Below, piece by piece: positions 28,369 through 32,000 of a DNA stretch of 32,000 nucleotides. A program made the position numbers and the translations under genes. The stretch's first letter is position 1. The number at the start of each line of letters is the position of its first letter. Source of the stretch: Cylindrospermopsis raciborskii Cr2010 (GTDB taxonomy: Bacteria > Cyanobacteriota > Cyanobacteriia > Cyanobacteriales > Nostocaceae); NCBI RefSeq assembly GCF_003367075.2, contig NZ_CP065936.1:3450001-3482000 (forward strand). Direction: 5' to 3'. The notes beneath the pieces are model-generated. The model worked only from the letters and a program-made list of their open reading frames with translations, ran no database searches and was not told where the DNA came from.

Positions 28369-28698
28369 CTAAGTAGGTAAATATATTAATTTCAACAACT
28401 GACAACTGATATAAGAGATCGTCAAACCCAACAGTACTAAAAGTAGAGGAATAACCGTATCTGATCGCAGTTGACGGGTTTTGAAAATTTTTACACAAGA
28501 TATGGGAATAATCATAGGCCAGAAAACAGTGGTCACTAAGGATATAATTAGTGATAAGAACTTCTCTTCCGGAGTTGATGCGGGGTGACGGTGAGAGAAT
28601 GTAAACCAATTGGCAAAAAAATAGCCACCCATTAGGGTGTAGGTAATTACTAATGTTAATTGTAATTGATTGGTCAAGTCGTGTATCACAGTCTCCAT
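28369..28698 (-). CDS. small hypothetical membrane protein (about 3 TM segments)
   Basis: The 109-aa ORF has three clear hydrophobic segments (LTLVITYTLMGGYFFANWF, FLSLIISLVTTVFWPMIIPI, IPLLLVLLGLTISYI). I prefer it over the overlapping 160-aa ORF in another frame, whose composition looks non-coding. Confidence 0.4.
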   Translation of the reverse strand: METVIHDLTNQLQLTLVITYTLMGGYFFANWFTFSHRHPASTPEEKFLSLIISLVTTVFWPMIIPISCVKIFKTRQLRSDTVIPLLLVLLGLTISYISCQLLKLIYLPT

Positions 28699-28907
28699 GT
28701 ATTGTACTTATATAGCTTGAGCCAAAACGTTGTAAACACAGGTTTAATGGGTAAAAGGCCAGGTTGCTGCAGGTGGCTATAGCTTTTATGCACCGCTCCA
28801 CGCCTAGTTTACTAAAGTCGCGAACATATAAGCCCACCTACAATATTATACACTATATTTGGACACAGTCAATAGCCCTGAACTAATATCAGGCGTTAAA
28901 ATCTCCA

Positions 28908-29600
28908 TCAAAGATGAGAAGTGGGCGAAGAACGATAATTGTAACCAAATTGGGAGTCTTTCTGGATGTATTGTTTAATGCTATCAAAATCAATAAAATA
29001 ATCTGCCACATCAATGAGACTATCGCTAGTCATAGTTTGCAGACCTATAACTTCTACCCGCGATCCTAAACTGGTGACAGCATTAACAGCGTAGGCTAGA
29101 TCCCCATCCCCACTAACTAGTACAGCCGTATCATAATAAGGAGCTAAGGTAATCATATCCACAGCAATTTCCACATTGAGATTGGGTTTTTTACCACTTT
29201 CCGTAAGTGCAATTATATCCTTGGTTACCACTCGATAACCATTACGACGCATCCACAACAGAAAACCTTGTTGTTTCTCCTTGCTAGTATCAACTCCAGT
29301 ATAAAAGAAAGCTCTTAATAGTCTAGAAGTTTGAGTTAAACGACATAATAATTTAACATAGTCGATTTCAATGCCTATTTGAAGAGCAGCATGAAATAGA
29401 TTGAGACCGTCGATAAAAATAGCCACCCTACCACGATTGAGATCATCACTCATGTCTGCTCCCTGAGATGTTTCCTGGGATTTAGTATCCCTAACCCTGG
29501 TGGTAGTTTTTGTAGCTGGTGTGACCGTTGTCCCTTGCCAATGTGGTTTTTCTTTTAATTCCTTATATTCGTTTGTTTTTTTGTTATTTGCGAAACTCAT
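28908..29600 (-). CDS. LabA-like NYN-domain protein (DUF88)
   Basis: VAIFIDGLNLFHAA, WMRRNGYRVVTK, VEIAVDM and AVLVSGDGDLAYAV are NYN/LabA hallmarks. A 50-aa low-complexity N-terminal extension is present. An alternative start lies at 29453 (MSDDLNRGR). Confidence 0.8.
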   Translation of the reverse strand: MSFANNKKTNEYKELKEKPHWQGTTVTPATKTTTRVRDTKSQETSQGADMSDDLNRGRVAIFIDGLNLFHAALQIGIEIDYVKLLCRLTQTSRLLRAFFYTGVDTSKEKQQGFLLWMRRNGYRVVTKDIIALTESGKKPNLNVEIAVDMITLAPYYDTAVLVSGDGDLAYAVNAVTSLGSRVEVIGLQTMTSDSLIDVADYFIDFDSIKQYIQKDSQFGYNYRSSPTSHL

Positions 29601-29843
29601 TGATACCTCTAGTTTTAAATTGGGATGTTTGGTAGTTTGTTATGTGATATTTTGGTAGTTAGCACTCATAAATCAGGGGGGTCTTTATTTCAATATTATC
29701 CAAACCAAACCTTTAGGCTAATTTTTGTTGCTTACTTTAACTAAAGTTTTTATAAAATTTTCCTCCCCAGTAGATATGGCCCAATTGTTCACTTATCACA
29801 TTGATGGGGTGGGAAAAATTAAAAAAATAGGAGAGTCAAAAAA

Positions 29844-30332
29844 TTAACCGGGAATTGCACCCTGGATAGTGAGGACTGAGCAGGGAGCATGATGTAGAAC
29901 ATAGTTGCTCACACTACCCAAAACCACCTCACTGATTCCCCTTCTTCCCCTACGTCCCACAATAATTAGGTCAGCAGACCAGCTTATAGCTTGTTCACAG
30001 ATGACACGACCTGGATCCCCAACGGTTTGGAGCATTTCAGCCTTTACCCCCCTACTAATAGCAGTTTCCATTAGGGATTGGATCCATTTTAGTCGTTCTT
30101 GCTTATGTTCATCCCAGGCCTGCATATACTTGTTCATAGTTTCTCCATACAGGGAGGGGTAGATAGTTTCCGGTTGAAGAAATATGGGGTTGAGGTAGGG
30201 ATCTTCTAGGGGAGACAGAACATGAAGTAGCATGATTTCAGAACTGCTCACTTGAGCCAAAAATAGAGCTTGCTCAAATATATTTTGGCTTTGATCCGGA
30301 TTTTCTAAAGCAACTAAAATTTTATGCAACAT
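29844..30332 (-). CDS. universal stress protein (UspA family)
   Basis: ILVALE at the N-terminus and the C-terminal ATP-binding motif DLIIVGRRGRRGISEVVLGSVSNYVLHHAPCSVL. Confidence 0.85.
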   Translation of the reverse strand: MLHKILVALENPDQSQNIFEQALFLAQVSSSEIMLLHVLSPLEDPYLNPIFLQPETIYPSLYGETMNKYMQAWDEHKQERLKWIQSLMETAISRGVKAEMLQTVGDPGRVICEQAISWSADLIIVGRRGRRGISEVVLGSVSNYVLHHAPCSVLTIQGAIPG

Positions 30333-30526
30333 AGTAATTACTCCTTGGGATAGATCTAAAATCTACACTCCCTGTGGTTTTTATGTGAGAAGGTTAGAGA
30401 TATATTAGCCATACTAATCATTTTTGAGGGAAACAACAACTTTCCACAACTTTCAAGGGTGGGAAATTGTCAGACCCACATAGACTCCCAGATATACCCC
30501 CCAGATATACCTAGTAGTAGGAGTTG

Positions 30527-31168
30527 ATGCTGATGAAATTTCATAATCGTATTCAAGCTGGAAAGATGTTAGGGGAAAGTCTAATAGATTACGCCAACCA
30601 CGAAAATCTACTAGTATTAGCACTACCCCGTGGTGGTGTGCCCGTAGGTTGGGAAATTGCCAAAGCTGTGAATGCTCCCCTAGATGTTTGTATCGTCAGA
30701 AAGATTGGTGTGCCCGGACAAAAAGAATTAGCTATGGGTGCTATTGGTGCTGGGGGGGTTAGGGTATTCAATCATGATATAATTGCTACCTTGGGGATAG
30801 ATAGAGATGTGATTGAAAAGGTTGTATCTCAGGAGTTGGAAGAGCTAAAGCGACGGGAACAAACATATCGAAGAAATGCTCCACCAATTAAGGTTGAAAA
30901 CAAAACAGTCATTTTAGTAGATGATGGTATTGCTACCGGTGCGAATATAAGAGCAGCTATTGCTGTTCTCAAACAGCAAAAGCCCAGCAAAATTGTGGTA
31001 GCAATTCCTGTAGCATCAGCAAGTACCTATAGGGAATTGGAGTCGGAGGTAGATGAGGTAGTGTGTTTACAGACTCCTGAGTTTTTTTCAGCAATTGGAT
31101 TGTGGTATGAGGATTTTTCTCAAACTAGTGACCAGGAAGTTTGTGAAATTTTAGGCTATTATATTTAG
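30527..31168 (+). CDS. phosphoribosyltransferase-domain protein
   Basis: PRPP-binding loop VILVDDGIATGANIRAA and the N-terminus FHNRIQAGKMLGESL...LALPRGGVPVG. This matches the 'putative phosphoribosyl transferase' family of about 215 aa. Confidence 0.75.
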   Translation: MLMKFHNRIQAGKMLGESLIDYANHENLLVLALPRGGVPVGWEIAKAVNAPLDVCIVRKIGVPGQKELAMGAIGAGGVRVFNHDIIATLGIDRDVIEKVVSQELEELKRREQTYRRNAPPIKVENKTVILVDDGIATGANIRAAIAVLKQQKPSKIVVAIPVASASTYRELESEVDEVVCLQTPEFFSAIGLWYEDFSQTSDQEVCEILGYYI

Positions 31169-31209
31169 ATTAAGTGGGTGAGTGGAATTAAATATTAAGA
31201 TCAACGTAG

Positions 31210-31234
31210 GTTGGGTTGAAGTATGAAACCCAAC
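31210..31234. other. 8-bp stem-loop between convergent PRTase and Uma2 genes
   Basis: GTTGGGTT (31210-31217), a 9-nt loop, then AACCCAAC (31227-31234). No U-tract on either strand. Confidence 0.3.
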
Positions 31235-31279
31235 ACCCCCATGGGTTAATCCATTCTACAAATAATTGTACCTCCCTAC

Positions 31280-31846
31280 TTAATGAAAGTTGACATCTTC
31301 ATAAAGTTCAGTCATTTTTGCCTGGAATTGAATAGTAGGGAAGAAAAATGATGTTTCTTCACCTGTATAGTATTGTAAAGTCCAAAGTCCTTGATCATTC
31401 CTGCGGAAACACTCAACTCGCGGTTTTTTAGGACTAATTAAAATGTATTCTTGTAAAGTGGGTAAAGTTTGATAGTCGGCAAATTTGTCACCTCTATCAA
31501 ATAATTCCGTAGAGTCAGATAAAACTTCAATAATTAAACATGGGAATCTTTTATAAGCTGCTGTTTCTTGGTCACGAGAATCGCAAGTCACCATAATATC
31601 AGGATAGTAAAATCTGTTTAACGATTCGATTCTAGCTTTCATATCCGTAATATATACTCGACAACCAGAACCCCTAAGATGATTACGCAGCAGAATGAAT
31701 ATATTTCCAGCTATGGTTACATGAACATCCAGGGCACCGGCCATAACGTAAATATTTCCATTAATATACTCATGTTTAACCTGACTATTTTCTTCTAGTT
31801 TTAGATATGCTTCTGGAGTAATATAAGTGTTACGATTAGCAATCAT
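31280..31846 (-). CDS. Uma2-family (DUF820) putative endonuclease
   Basis: HEYINGNIYVMAG, YYPDIMVTCD and PCLIIEVLSDSTELFDRGDKFADYQTLPTLQEYILIS match the PD-(D/E)XK Uma2 pattern. Confidence 0.85.
   Translation of the reverse strand: MIANRNTYITPEAYLKLEENSQVKHEYINGNIYVMAGALDVHVTIAGNIFILLRNHLRGSGCRVYITDMKARIESLNRFYYPDIMVTCDSRDQETAAYKRFPCLIIEVLSDSTELFDRGDKFADYQTLPTLQEYILISPKKPRVECFRRNDQGLWTLQYYTGEETSFFFPTIQFQAKMTELYEDVNFH
31284..31397 (-). repeat. direct repeat, copy 1 (114 nt, 100% identical to 31887-32000)
   Basis: Base-by-base comparison by eye. The offset is 603 nt. Identity runs to the window edge, so the true repeat length is unknown. Confidence 0.9.
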
Positions 31847-31882
31847 AATTAATAGCTCCCCTAATTATAGTTTTTTATAGTT

Positions 31883-32000
31883 TTACTGAAAGTTGACATC
31901 TTCATAAAGTTCAGTCATTTTTGCCTGGAATTGAATAGTAGGGAAGAAAAATGATGTTTCTTCACCTGTATAGTATTGTAAAGTCCAAAGTCCTTGATCA
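31883..32000 (-). CDS. second Uma2-family gene, 3' end only (continues beyond the window)
   Basis: Nucleotides 31887-32000 are identical to the 3' end of the first Uma2 gene (31284-31397). The reading frame ends ...VNFQ-stop (TAA at 31883-31885), compared with ...VNFH-stop in copy 1. Confidence 0.7.
   Translation of the reverse strand, partial: DQGLWTLQYYTGEETSFFFPTIQFQAKMTELYEDVNFQ
31887..32000 (-). repeat. direct repeat, copy 2 (114 nt, 100% identical to 31284-31397)
   Basis: Same comparison as for copy 1. Confidence 0.9.

Noticed and set aside
28355-28837. 160-aa ORF on the minus strand.
   Set aside because: It overlaps the 109-aa ORF in a different frame. Its sequence is Cys/Tyr/Ser/Ile-rich with no domain or hydrophobicity pattern, and it looks like a shadow ORF in AT-rich DNA. 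I kept the membrane-protein frame, at low confidence.
1-32000. CRISPR arrays, rRNA genes, IS elements or transposases, and toxin-antitoxin or known phage-defence cassettes.
   Set aside because: There are no regularly spaced repeats, no transposase, integrase or Cas-like ORFs, and no rRNA-like sequence. The Uma2 pair is the only nuclease-like content, and it has no partner genes suggesting a defence operon.

Overview
The window looks like a compact, AT-rich cyanobacterial chromosome segment, probably from a filamentous Nostocales-type organism. Evidence for that: 14 copies of the HIP1 octamer GCGATCGC, plus crtQ, a GUN4-domain gene, cyanobacterial-type rpoZ and a devBCA-type exporter. I call 35 protein genes (2 run off the window edges) and one tRNA-Pro(GGG). 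Most of it is housekeeping: crtQ (partial), rpe, icd, rpoZ, argD, an HtrA protease and a K+ channel. There is an envelope-sugar block on the minus strand (GT4 glycosyltransferase, priming sugar transferase, gmd, fcl). I found no rRNA, CRISPR array, transposase, integrase or recognisable phage-defence genes. The most interesting locus is 14.3-20.1 kb, all on the plus strand. It holds an ArsR repressor with the ELCVCDL As(III) site, a 363-bp non-coding gap and a BchE/ChlE-like B12-binding radical-SAM enzyme. These are followed by a tightly coupled trio: an orphan PstS-family phosphate-binding lipoprotein, a GAPDH and an ArsJ-type MFS exporter. GAPDH+ArsJ is a known arsenate-resistance pair. The coupled orphan phosphate-binding protein and the embedded class-B radical-SAM enzyme are not explained by that model and are my best candidates for undescribed biology. 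Secondary points are a clear bacterial homologue of human MMADHC (cblD), a coiled-coil protein with an internal repeat, an S8-like peptidase with a possible Glu in the catalytic Asp position, and tandem Uma2 genes sharing a 114-nt identical 3' end. All functional calls rest on motif recognition from the translated ORFs. No database search was run.
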